A stretch of 64,000 nucleotides of DNA from Felis catus (taxonomy: Eukaryota): assembly GCF_018350175.1 (NCBI RefSeq), contig NC_058376.1:14260001-14324000 (forward strand). The letters are read 5' to 3'. Positions 35,346 through 46,745 of the stretch are shown one piece after another. The notes beneath the pieces were generated by a model that was not told where the DNA came from, searched no databases, and saw only the letters and a program-made list of their open reading frames with translations. Made by a program: the position numbers and the translations under genes. Every line of letters starts with the position of its first letter. Within the stretch, counting starts at the first letter, position 1.

Positions 35346-38234
35346 TGGCTCTGTAAAGTCACAACAAGCTGGCCAGTGAGGACTTCGGCCTAGAAGAGAA
35401 GCCATGTTTGTCTACCTGTTATCAAGGTAGAGGGAGTAGATCATTCTGGGGAAGTAAGACCACAATAGCCAGTGCTAAAGACTTCAGGGTGCTTAGTAAC
35501 AAGGTTTTCATTTGAGATAGTTTGTTCAGTAAATGGGATTAATCAATTTACTGTTTAAGATAAAGAAAAGATGGATACCTTCCTTACCCCAAACACAAAA
35601 GAAGTGGCATATTGATTTAAGTTGTAAACATGAAAGTTAATTTATTAGAGTATCAAAAGATGATATAGACTTTCAGGAATTTTGTAAGCCATTTAATCTG
35701 AAACTAGTCATGCTAAGGATATTTACATCACGGAAATTGGCAAATCAGACCCCCTACCTTCAGCAGAGGTCATTAAACAATTAAATGGCAGGCCACTGCC
35801 CACATGCCTCTTGTTATTGAGAATAAACTTACTTTTTTGAAAGTTTTTAAATGTGGATGTATTATTTATAAACCCGAAAAAGAAAAATAAAACTCCACAG
35901 AAATCAGTAAGAGGGGTTACAATATTTCTTTATGTCCAGAAATCTTTAGAGCTTATCTTAAGTTGGTATCTACGTTCCCCTTGCATGAAACGTTGGATTT
36001 AACCACATTCTCCTTCTGCAAAATATCATTTCCTCAAGGCCATCCCAATGATTACACTTCCAAGGAGAAAATTGTGTGGATAGTGATTAAGGGTCCAGGA
36101 TCCAGAGTCACACTACTTGTGCTTTAGCTCCATCAGTTATTAGCTGATATTATTTAACACCTCTGAGCCTCAGTATATTCAGAGGTAAAATGCTAAAAGA
36201 GTGCTAAATCAGGATTGTTGAAAGTACAAAATAAATAAAATATGCAAAACTCTACCACTGTGAGAATGCAGTACATTTTTGTTATTATATTTATTATTAG
36301 GTTGCTCATAGTGAAGTGGCTGACATTTAACCATTTTAACCTAAAACTTTGTATATGGCTCAACCTTATATATTATATCTATTAATATTGGCAGTATTTT
36401 GATAATTCCAGAATTTTAATCCATAATCCCAATATTCTCATGTCAGATACATAGGTTAGACTCCCAAGGTAGATGTTCTGTACATCTATCATACATGTAT
36501 TCCATAGTTATGAACTCTGACATATGTTTTGATGCCAAGTAAATTGACATTGTGTTTGTCAATGTACTTTTCATAACAAATTAATGGGTATTAGTAAAGT
36601 AGTTTATTTTCTGATGATTGGGTCCTGTTTTTTTTTTTTTTGTATCAAGTTCTATTAATTAGTAGATAAGTTTCCATTCGATTTGGCAGAAGGGGTGAGA
36701 TCTATAATAAAAAAAGTTTTTATTAAGGGGGTGGTGATAACTATAGGTATTGGTTGCAGCATATTGAAGAGCTAACGGGGAAGGAAGAGAAAACATTGAA
36801 TACAATCTAATATTTCATGTAGCACGAGGTGGAAACATAAAGAATGGTCTAATGGAAATGATGATTCACTCTCCCTAGAGTTTCTAAAGCACAGAACTCA
36901 TCCTTGAGGTCTAGATACATACTTTTTATTCAATATCCTATGCCCTAGAATAGCACTTGCATGATGTAGGTCTTCAAAAATTCTTGTAACATTAATTGTT
37001 TAGTCACTGTCTGGAAAAAGAATCAACGGAACAATGAGGGTAAATACGATCATACCAAAGATGGTTTAGAAAGCAGGTGATGTGAAATGTCAAAGGGTCA
37101 TGGAGTTTTCAGTAATGGAGCCAATGTTGAATATGTTTTAGTGGAAAGAATTATGAAAATTGGGACAGTCATAATTAGAAGGCAATCTAGAATGTTTCAG
37201 GTTTTAATTTTGACATCATACTTGTGGATCTAGATGCTTTTAATCTATATTGACTAAAATTTGAGATGTCTAGAAAAGTTACCATCATTTCTACTTAAAT
37301 TCTGACTTACAAAATGTTATGAAGATTGTACTCTCAGTAGACAGAGATTGCAGATGCAGAGGGACAGTCCTAGTACCACCATGTGGTGCTTAAGAGGAGT
37401 CCTGGAGCAGGTCTGAGAGGGGGCTGAGTTGTCTGCTTTGGCTGTGAGGTGAAGATCGTAAAGAAACAAAATCCAGATGACAGAAGTGTAAGAGAAAAGT
37501 TGCAAAATACTGGCAATCTCAGTCAGACAAAATGAATATTTCGCTTTTGAAACACTGAAGGAAATAATACTTCATGAAAAAAAATTCATGGGTCCTGTCC
37601 TAGCTTTTATGTTATAGGGAGGATTGAGAGAACTCAACTCTACCCCTAAATAACTTATCATCCTTGGGCAAGACTTAAGTATCCTCAGACTCCTTTTTCT
37701 CATCTGGAACATGTGTAAAAATGCACACCACAATTTCCTACTTTATGTTGTTTTTGTCAGATTCAGATGAAGTGATAAATCTGAGTGTAACTCAAAAGCT
37801 ATAGAAAGAAATATAAATGTTAATAATAATTATTGTTGTTCTTCTAATAATTATTTTTCTTATATAACATCCTATCCATTAAAATAACAATAATTTTACA
37901 GGTGGAAGAAATCTCATAGACTCTCATTCAACAGTTAGTGAGTTACCTAGTTCTTTAGATTCACAGAAAATAAAGACAGTTATTGGCCTTAAATAACACA
38001 CAATCGATGAAGGGAATCAGATAATTAAAACACAGCATGCTAATACAACATATTCAGTACCACAATAAAGGTAAACTATGGAAGAACAGAGGAATTATGC
38101 TTAATACATGTACTCCAGGAATGCTTCCTATACAGGGTATAGTCTAAGCTGTGTTTTAATGAATCAGTAGAATGTGGGGAAGATAAAATTTTGGCAATGC
38201 AAGTGGCAGATATTTCAAAACAATATGTCATACT

Positions 38235-38449
38235 GGGGCACCTGGGTGGCTCAGTTGGTTAAATGGCTGACTTCGGCTCAGGTCATGATCTAGTGGTCCA
38301 TGAGTTTAAGCCCCATATTGGTCTCTGTGCTGATAGCTTGCAGCCTGGAGCCTGCTTTGGATTCTGTGTCTCCCTCTCTCTTTGCCCCTCCCTTGCTCAC
38401 ACTCTGTCTCTCTCTCTTTCTAAAAAATAAGTAATAAACGTTTAAAAAT
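38235..38449 (+). mobile_element. CanSINE
   Basis: GGGGCACCTGGGTGG head; TSD ATATGTCATACT. Confidence 0.92.
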
Positions 38450-39009
38450 ATATGTCATACTGAAAAATGTCTTAAATAGAGTGGATTATATTATATTGGA
38501 TAAAATAATGGTTGTTTTTATTTTGATATTTTGCATCAGATCCCTGATTTATACTAACTTAGATCTTCTCCTCACCTGTCTCTTGCTCCAGCCACACTGC
38601 AGTAGCCATTCTACCTGGGTTCCCTCCACTTTCTTGTAGATATAACCGGAGAATGTGTCACCTAATACACCTGCTGTTTGCCTCTCACTTCCAGCCACGA
38701 TGCTTTCCTGTTGAACCTGAGAGGAGATGCTGGAGCGTCTCAGTGCCCATGTATGTTTATCTGGAATTGCAGGAGGGCTAGTGCCCCTTGGAGTGAAAAT
38801 CTAAATTAGGTTTGTTAACATTCCACAGACCTATAATACGAGGGTTACGTCTGTTTTCCTGTAATTCTCGTGACTAGTTAGGGCCAAATCCTGGCCATAA
38901 CTACCTGAAAAAAGTTGTTGTCCTTAAAATGATGAGCTTTTTAAAAATGAAATTGCTGTGGTAATGCGGCTACAAAGTCTGTGTTGTGTGCTCCGCCCTT
39001 TTCTGGTAG

Positions 39010-39017
39010 TATATAAA
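39010..39017 (+). promoter_or_regulatory. TATA box, ATT-start copy
   Basis: AGTATATAAAGGT, 94 bp upstream of the ATT. Confidence 0.8.
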
Positions 39018-39103
39018 GGTCTCAGGGCAAGACATGACATCCAGACTCCAGAAACCTCCATCTGCCCTTCTAAAGAACTACTGAAGCTCCATTTCTTGCC
39101 ACC

Positions 39104-39319
39104 ATTTGTTGCAACTACTATAGAAACTCATGTGGTAGCTGTGGCTATGGCTGTGGCTATGGCTGTGGCTGTGGTTCTGGATATGGCTGTGGCTATGGCT
39201 GTGGATACGGCTCGGGCAGTGGCTGTGGCTATGGCTGTGGATACAAGTCTGGCTATGGCTCTGCCTGCTGTGGAGGCAGACCACTTTCCTACAGAAGATG
39301 TTATTCATCTTGCTGCTAG
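39104..39319 (+). pseudogene. KRTAP21: KRTAP21-2-like copy with ATG>ATT start, otherwise intact 71-codon frame
   Basis: GCCACC ATT TGT TGC AAC TAC TAT AGA AAC = (I)[15 protein letters not shown]...[15 protein letters not shown], no internal stop; TATA 39010, AATAAA 39580. Not in the ORF track. Confidence 0.8.
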
Positions 39320-39579
39320 AACATAACTGAAATACATCTTTTTCTCTAAGACGATTATTCCAAGCCATTTTTGTTTCAGTGTCCCATAATTACACCATAT
39401 CTGAATGAAGAGAGTAGTCAGAGTCTGCAGTAAACTGACTGTCTTCTTGAAAGTCTTCATTGTAATTGAGGGGGTCTGAGTTATCCTATGTTTTTGGAAG
39501 GAAGACCTCATTTTTGCCATTGTCCAAGGTTAAACTTGTTATCTTCTTATTCTATGTTTCTCTGTTGTGATGATTTCCA

Positions 39580-39585
39580 AATAAA
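39580..39585 (+). terminator. Poly(A) signal, ATT-start copy
   Basis: AATAAA 261 bp after the stop, with T/GT-rich sequence downstream. Confidence 0.65.
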
Positions 39586-39926
39586 ACACGTTTTACTGCT
39601 CCTCCCAAGTTTGTATATCTTTTCTGTCATACATGTCATTGACATATTTTTGTGTATTATTTCTGTGACCTCCTCAGAGATTGACAGGGCTCATGCTAAA
39701 CTCTTCGTTCCGGTTATGTATGTCTGGCTTCCATTATGACTGGTCAGTATCCATGACATACTGAATATTACATATCTTGTATTTCATCCCTAAAATATTG
39801 AACTTCTTGGCTGAGTCATGTGTTCTTACTTCATTTTACTCAAAGGTTTGTTTTTAAGCATTTGTGTTTCATGATCCTGGAGCTATCCATTTCACTCTTT
39901 CTGTGTTAACCACACTCATGTATTCA

Positions 39927-39954
39927 ACACACACACACACACACACACACACAC
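39927..39954. repeat. (CA)n microsatellite
   Basis: Direct reading. Confidence 0.95.
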
Positions 39955-40792
39955 GCCTCGAAAATCTGCTTTGGGAAAATGATGCTCGTGAAAAAAATGG
40001 GCTGTAAGGGGAGGGAAAGAAGGCTCAATAATTAGGTACAGAAATGACCTGGGGACTGGTTAAATGAACCTGAGTTTAGATGGTAGGATAGATAATGAAA
40101 GGGAACAGATGAGCATCAGGGACTTTGTGAAGGTAGAACCTATAAGATCTTAAACATCATCAGTGAAGAAGATGGGAGAAAATCCTAGAGAAGGTAATAT
40201 CTAAAAAGTACGTATTTTTTCTTTGCACATAGAATGGTAAGGAATTCAGGGTAGTATATGCAGTTATATATCTGAAAGGCTGGTATAGCAAAATCAATAA
40301 GACTAGCATTACAGATGTGTTCTGTGTCTTTCCAGAGACACTAATCAGGATGGGGTGAATGGGTGATCATAACATACAAATTTCTCAACACAAGAGATCT
40401 TTCAATGTGACACCATCTGAAACAAGAGTGATTCCCTCATTAGGTGCTCTATCACGGGATAGATCTAAAACCCTATTACTAGGGTTATTTTGGGGGAGAG
40501 GTAGAATTAACCAGTGTTACATATCCATTTCCTGTTCTATTGTAGGATGCTATAGGTTAGAAATGGATTTGAGCTTTGAGACCTGATTGTGATAATGGTG
40601 ATGCTAATACCAGGAAAATACAGGACCACAAACTTTTATGTTGCCAAATCTAGGGGGAGAAGCCAGATGTAATATGTTTTGGATTGAGAGATCCTATCTT
40701 CATTTGGAGGCAGAAAGACTGTTAGAACTGGAGTCAAAATTCAACCACCCATGGTTAAATAAATTCAGTGTTCTTAATATTCCTTGAATCTT

Positions 40793-41245
40793 TTTTTTAA
40801 AGTTTATTTATTTTGAGAGAGACAGAGACAGTGGGAGTGGGGCACGTAAGAGAGACAGGGAGAGGGGCGGCTGGGTGGCGCAGTCGGTTAAGCGTCCGAC
40901 TTCAGCCAGGTCACGATCTCGCGGTCCGTGAGTTCGAGCCCCGCGTCAGGCTCTGGGCTGATGGCTCAGAGCCTGGAGCCTGTTTCCGATTCTGTGTCTC
41001 CCTCTCTCTCTGCCCCTCCCCCGTTCATGCTCTGTCTCTCTCTGTCCCAAAAATAAAATAAAACGTTGAAAAAAAAATTAAAAAAAAAAAGAGAGAGACA
41101 GGGAGAGAGAGAGAGGATCCCCGGTAGACTCCACGCTGTCCATGCAGAGCCTAATGCAGGGCTTGAACTCACGGAACCATGAGATCATGACTTGAGCCAA
41201 ATCGAAGAGTCAGATGCTCAACTGATTGAGCCACCCAGGCGTCCC
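40793..41245 (-). mobile_element. CanSINE (host of a nested SINE)
   Basis: TSD TATTCCTTGAATCTT at 40778-40792 and 41248-41262. Confidence 0.9.
40864..41091 (+). mobile_element. Young CanSINE nested in opposite orientation
   Basis: Near-consensus CpG-rich body; TSD AGAGAGACAGGGAGA at 40849-40863 and 41092-41106. Confidence 0.93.
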
Positions 41246-42831
41246 AGTATTCCTTGAATCTTGAAAGAAATTGCAGGCTTGGGAAAAGGAAGGACACAAG
41301 AGGATGATGATAGATTATTCTCCTTGGAAGAAATAGAATCACTTCTTATAAATTAGAGGAATGAGTAGTCTTAATCATCACACATTTGTTGAGTACCTAA
41401 TAAGGGACATTTCATTATGTTCTATGGACAGAGAATTAAAATATTTTAGCCCCACTTTCTAAAAGTGTGGAAAAGACACATACACAAAACCCTACAAGCT
41501 ACAAAGATCAGAATATTGCTATAATATAATTATAACAAAGGTGTTTGAAAAATACAGAAGGAAAAAACAGAAGAGAGGCCAAGACAAAGAATAAACAAAG
41601 AAGAGTCAGGCATATTTCTGAAAGAGAGAGAAACTTCTAGCTGAAATATGAAAGATGAATAGAAGTTGGTCCATCATAAAGGGAAATAGCCTCTGAACAG
41701 GGGAAAAAGATGTAATACGTTTCAGGAAAGGTCTATAGCCTAGAGCCTTATTGCAATAGATATCATCAAAGCTGGAGGAAATGTAATCACTAGTTGAACT
41801 TAAGGAATAAATTCACAGGTGTCAGTAGGCTGAATTCAAAGGTGACCTCTAATGACATGCATCCTTGTATGCTTCCCTCCTCTTCAGTGTGAGCAGGTCT
41901 TATAACTTGCCTTTTACCTTTGCAAAGATGATGGGATAGCATTCCTGTGATTATGTTATGTTTGGGGTTAGAAGATAAAACTCAAGATGAATAAATCTGA
42001 ATTTTAGATGAAAAGCAGATAACTTTTTAGTATGTTTCATGCAATATTTGGGGCGTACTGGCTAAATCTGGAAACTCAAGTTTCACAGAAAGAGATTTTT
42101 CAGATGTCCTGGCTGATATTTTGAGTGTAATATCATGAAACCCAAACAGAGATCCTAGGTAGGCTGTGCTTAGACTTCTGATCCACTTAGACTGGAAAGA
42201 ATAAGTGTATATTGTCCTGAGGTGCTATTTGCATGCACGCCTGCGTGTATGTGTGTGTGTGTGATAGTTTACAACAGGCTTTCTCTACTGTTCTCTAAAT
42301 TATCTGGTAAGAGGTGTGGTTGACTTGGGTGACCCCTATATCATTTCTGTATATCAACAGAGATGAGGAGACAGTCATACCAGTAGGTATTAAGAGTAGA
42401 CCGCTATAGAGAGAAAGTGAAAGAAAGGTCGAGAGGCACTCTCAGACATACTTGAGGAGACTGGCTTGTGAACACAACATTGAAATAAATTTTACCTAGG
42501 ACCCAAAGTGACACTGGGAATAATGAGACTTGAAAGTGTGTGGCGATTTTATAACAGAGTAATTTCACAGCGAAATGGGTCACCATAAGAAACAATAAGT
42601 GTTTAAGCCTCTAATGAGTAGAAAGGGACACTTGATGTAATGAAACGAAGAACAGACACTTGATCTTTGTAATGTATTAACTGTGGAGCTTTCGGTAAGG
42701 TTCCTAAACCTCTTTGTATTCCAATTTCCATATTACAAGTTATCTACCTCTTTCACAATTTTATTGGGGTCACATAGATTAAAATGTCTGAAGGAAATTT
42801 GTGATTTGCAAAAATTTCAAGGCTTTTTAAA

Positions 42832-43064
42832 CATTTTTTTAAAGTTTACTTATTTTTGAGAGGGAGAGAGAGAGAGAGAGAGACAGAACATGAGTGGGGA
42901 AGGGACAGAGAGAGAAGGAGACACAGAATCTGAAGCAGGTTGCAGGCTCTGAGCTGTTAGCACAGAGCCTGACATGGAGCATGAGCTCACGAGCCATGAG
43001 ATCATGACCTGAGCTGAAGTTGCTGAAACTGGATGCTTAACCAACTGAGCTACCCAGGCGCGCC
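42832..43064 (-). mobile_element. CanSINE
   Basis: (GA)n and consensus body, ~600 bp upstream of the TATA of the 181-aa gene. Confidence 0.9.
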
Positions 43065-43664
43065 TCAACAGTCTTTAAAGGGTATTTGTATGTGTGTGTG
43101 TTGTTCTGTTTGAACTAAATGAATACCTGGAGTTGATAAAAATTTATTGAGGAATGGCTCTTGGGGTAAAATTATCAGAATATCATATGCATGGGTATTT
43201 GGATTCATAGGAACTCTACAACATAGAATGTTGAGGTTCTGAATTGGGCAGCATTAAGTTCCAATGAAATCCCCTATGTAGTATTTAGTAAGCTAGTCAA
43301 TGTAATTAGTCAAGCTTATTTTAATAGTCATATTTCCAAACCTAAACTTTGCTACCCTCCACAGAGCCTTGTTACATATATCGTTGGAATCATGTGCTCA
43401 GATGATTGGATAATTGATGGAAACTTTCTTGACAGATTTGTAATTGGCTCAAGACAATTCCTGGGTGACAAAAAACAAACATGGTTTCCCAATAAAACTG
43501 GAGTCTATAATAATTGTTTTATTTAAGATAGATGCTATAGCTGTGAAAAGATCAAGTCCTCTCATTATCAACTGACAGGAGTGACTTATACATGCTAGAT
43601 ATTAAATAAATATTTATTGCATGAATCACAAAATTCATTACATGCCCTGGCCCTTCCTTGTCAG

Positions 43665-43672
43665 TATATAAA
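43665..43672 (+). promoter_or_regulatory. TATA box, 181-aa gene
   Basis: AGTATATAAAGGT, 83 bp upstream of ATG. Confidence 0.85.
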
Positions 43673-43747
43673 GGTTCCAGGGTAGTAGGTGACGTTCAAA
43701 CTTTGGAAGCACTCTTTCCCTCAACGGAAACCTCACCCTCTGCCACC

Positions 43748-44293
43748 ATGTGTTACAACTATTATGGAAAATCTTACTGGGGCTGTGGATATGGCTCTGG
43801 CTGTGGCTGTGGATATGGCTCTGGTTGTGGCTGTGGATATGGCTCTGGTTGTGGCTATGGATATGGCTCTGGCTGTGGATATGGTTCCAGATATGGCTGT
43901 GGCTATGGCTGTGGATATGGTTGTGGATATGGCTCTGGCTGTGGCTGTGGCTATGGCTGTGGATATGGTTGTGGATATGGCTCTGGCTGTGGCTGTGGCT
44001 GTGGCTATGGCTGTGGATATGGTTGTGGATATGGCTCTGGCTGTGGCTGTGGCTATGGCTGTGGATATGGTTGTGGATATGGCTCTGGCTGTGGCTGTGG
44101 CTGTGGCTATGGCTGTGGATATGGTTGTGGATATGGCTCTGGCTGTGGCTGTGGCTATGGCTGTGGATATGGTTGTGGATATGGCTCTGGCTGTGGCTGT
44201 GGCTATGGTTGCAGATATGGCTGTGGCTATGGAAGTGGCTGCTGTACCTGCCGACCATTTTGCTACAGAAAATGCTGTTCTTCTTGCTCCTAG
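43748..44293 (+). CDS. KRTAP21: Long KRTAP21-like HGT-KAP (181 aa) with internal repeat expansion
   Basis: GCCACCATG Kozak; MCYNYYGKSYWGCGYG...RPFCYRKCCSSCS; TATA 43665. Confidence 0.88.
   Translation: MCYNYYGKSYWGCGYGSGCGCGYGSGCGCGYGSGCGYGYGSGCGYGSRYGCGYGCGYGCGYGSGCGCGYGCGYGCGYGSGCGCGCGYGCGYGCGYGSGCGCGYGCGYGCGYGSGCGCGCGYGCGYGCGYGSGCGCGYGCGYGCGYGSGCGCGYGCRYGCGYGSGCCTCRPFCYRKCCSSCS
43901..44200 (+). repeat. Coding minisatellite: six units of 48/54/48/54/48/48 nt ([16 protein letters not shown][GC])
   Basis: Unit GGCTATGGCTGTGGATATGGTTGTGGATATGGCTCTGGCTGTGGCTGT repeats with identical synonymous codons. Confidence 0.9.
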
Positions 44294-44742
44294 AATATTG
44301 TATGCCTCTGAAGAAATATTTCAAGATTAACATTTCCCCCTAAAAGATGCTTCATTTTATTATCTCTACATGCAAGTAAGAATTGGATACCACCTGTGTT
44401 TACTTCAGAGAACCTGTTAGTGAGGAATTATGAATGTTTCCATTATGTTACATGAAAACAGAAGATTTGATTCTGGTTATGTTCAAAATGTAAATTCTTG
44501 GTTATCCTGTTCTATGGTTTTGTATTGTCCATGAGCATAAAAACTCCATATGTGGGATAAAAGTATATTTTTTCAATACATAAATTTCACTTGTTCCTGA
44601 AAGTTATTGAGTCCTTTGGGCCAGATTTGTCACCAACGTTAGTATTTGTGGCTTCCCTGGAAGGTTGGGTAACCACTGTGTGAGCTGAACCTTCTGTTTG
44701 ATTTTGCTGTTAACATAAAATTGCTCTAAAATGTAAAGTCCA

Positions 44743-44850
44743 GGGGTGTCTGGCTGGCTCAGTTGGTAGGCATATGACTCTTGACCTTGGGGTGGTGAGT
44801 TCCAGCCCCACGCTGGGCATGGAGCCACCTTAGAAAAATATAAAAAAAAA
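44743..44850 (+). mobile_element. Short CanSINE-type element (tRNA head + poly(A))
   Basis: GGGGTGTCTGGCTGGCTCAGTTGG head; TSD AAAATGTAAAGTCCA. Confidence 0.85.
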
Positions 44851-46062
44851 ATGTAAAGTCCAATTAAAAAAATAATATGGTGCTGTTTCAGATAGGAAGA
44901 TCAGGTTAAAAGTCTGAAGAAGTGACAAGTAGGCTGATATTTGGCAAATGGATAGATGCTAGAATAAGGGGAAGAATGTTGGAGGCAGGAGGGAGAACAG
45001 GCGCAAAGCTCTCAGCAGATGGGAGGTTAGTATGCTTAGGGACTGTAAGGAGGTCTGGGGACAGGAGAGCAGAAACCATCTAGACTGGAGAGGTGAGTAG
45101 AGGCCAGGTCACGCAAAGCCTTGTGTTATAAGGTGTTAAGATTTGCTTGGATTTTGTTTTAAGATACTTATTGGTTTATCCAGCCATTTGTTCTTGTCTT
45201 TGCAACTACTTTCCTTTCTGTCTTTTTTCTATCTTTTTTTCCATCTTTCATATCAATACTAAACACAAATTCACACCATTTCCGTGTTTCCACGTGTGTG
45301 GATTGGACTATGGAAAATTGGAAGAAAGGTAACTTGTTTGGAGCATGTTGGAATAATTGAAGGGGGTATAGTGTCTGGTCTGGACTTGGAAATTTGTAAG
45401 GGCAGCTCGGAGATGGGGGGAAGGGAGGAAGAGGCTCTGAGAGGGGGTACTTACAAGTGTGTACCTCATAGCACTTTGTGTTGACACCACCATTTTCTTC
45501 CCATATTTTAAAATATTTGTTACATGGAAGAGAGATTAATATTGGTTTCCTGGTTCCAGGGACCAGAATTAGATGAACATGCATGGAATTAAAAGGAGGC
45601 TAACATCTTAATATGTGACAGTTTTAAAATATAACAGGCAAAAATGGATTTTGGTGTCATAGAGGTTATTCAGCTCTGAGGGTGTCTGGGTATGGGCTAC
45701 GTTACTACTTACTCTGGTTGTTACAGAGAAATTAAAACACATAGGAGCCAGTTAGATCTGTCTGACTCTTAACACCTCATCCTATTCTAATTTTTAAAAA
45801 GTGTTGATTCTATAATGTAAACAATGCCTGCAAGGCATAGAATCAGAGTCACTGAAAAAAGTGGTAATGTTCTTAACAATGATAGGAAAGAAGTGAAATG
45901 AAAAACTTTTTATAGATTTGGAAGATGGCCAGAGATAATGAGTATATTTTATTACCTTATTCTATAGGAAGGAGACAAGGCATGAGGCTGAGGTAATATG
46001 GCAATAGTAACCATATTAGCAAAGTAAGGCTGTAGTATCAGCAGAAGCTTAAACCTAGACAA

Positions 46063-46745
46063 GGCTGCACCGGTTTGCATTCCCACCAACAATGCAAGAG
46101 AGTTCCTTTTCCTCCACATTCTTGCCAACCCTTGTTGTTTCTTGTGTTTTTGATTTTATCCATTTTGACAGGTGTGAGGTGATATCTCATTGTGGTTTTG
46201 ATTTGCATTTCCTTGGTGTTGAGTGTTGTTGAACATCTTTTCATGTGACTGTTGGCCATTTGGATGCCTTCTTTGGAGAAATGTTTGTTCATGTCTTCTG
46301 CAAATAATTTACTTTTTGGGTGTTCAGTTGCATAGGTTCGTTATATACTTTGGGTACTAACACTTTAATGGCTATGCCATTTGCAAATATCTTCTCCCAT
46401 TTAGTAGGTTGCCTCTTAGTTTTGTCAATGGTTTCCTTGACTGTGCAGAGACAGTTAAGAAACAAAACAAATTAGAAAAGGAAAAGAGAGAGAGAGAGAA
46501 ACCAAGACACAAACTCTTAACTATAGAGAATACACTGATGGTTACCAGATGGGAGGTGGGTCGTGGGGTGGGTTAGATAGGTGATGGGGGTTTAGGAGTA
46601 CACTTGTGATGAGCACTGGAAGATGTCTGATATTGTTGAATCCCTATTTTGCAAACCTGAAACTAACATAACACTATATGTTAACTATACTGGAATTTAA
46701 AATAAAAAAATACATAAAATAAAAAGAAAAAAATAAACATGAAAA
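46063..46745 (+). mobile_element. 5'-truncated, 5'-inverted L1 (twin priming)
   Basis: 46063-~46450 is minus-strand ORF2 C-terminus ([13 protein letters not shown]); ~46451-46745 is plus-strand 3'UTR + A tail; TSD AAACCTAGACAA at 46051-46062 and 46746-46757 after TT. Confidence 0.88.

Noticed and set aside
36070-37830. MIR/L2-like fragments here, and LTR-like stretches near 41820-42230 and 48200-48990
   Set aside because: Resemblance only; too degenerate to give family or boundaries without RepeatMasker.
43748-44293. CRISPR-like or other repeat-spacer array
   Set aside because: No unique spacers; it is a coding tandem repeat in mammalian DNA.
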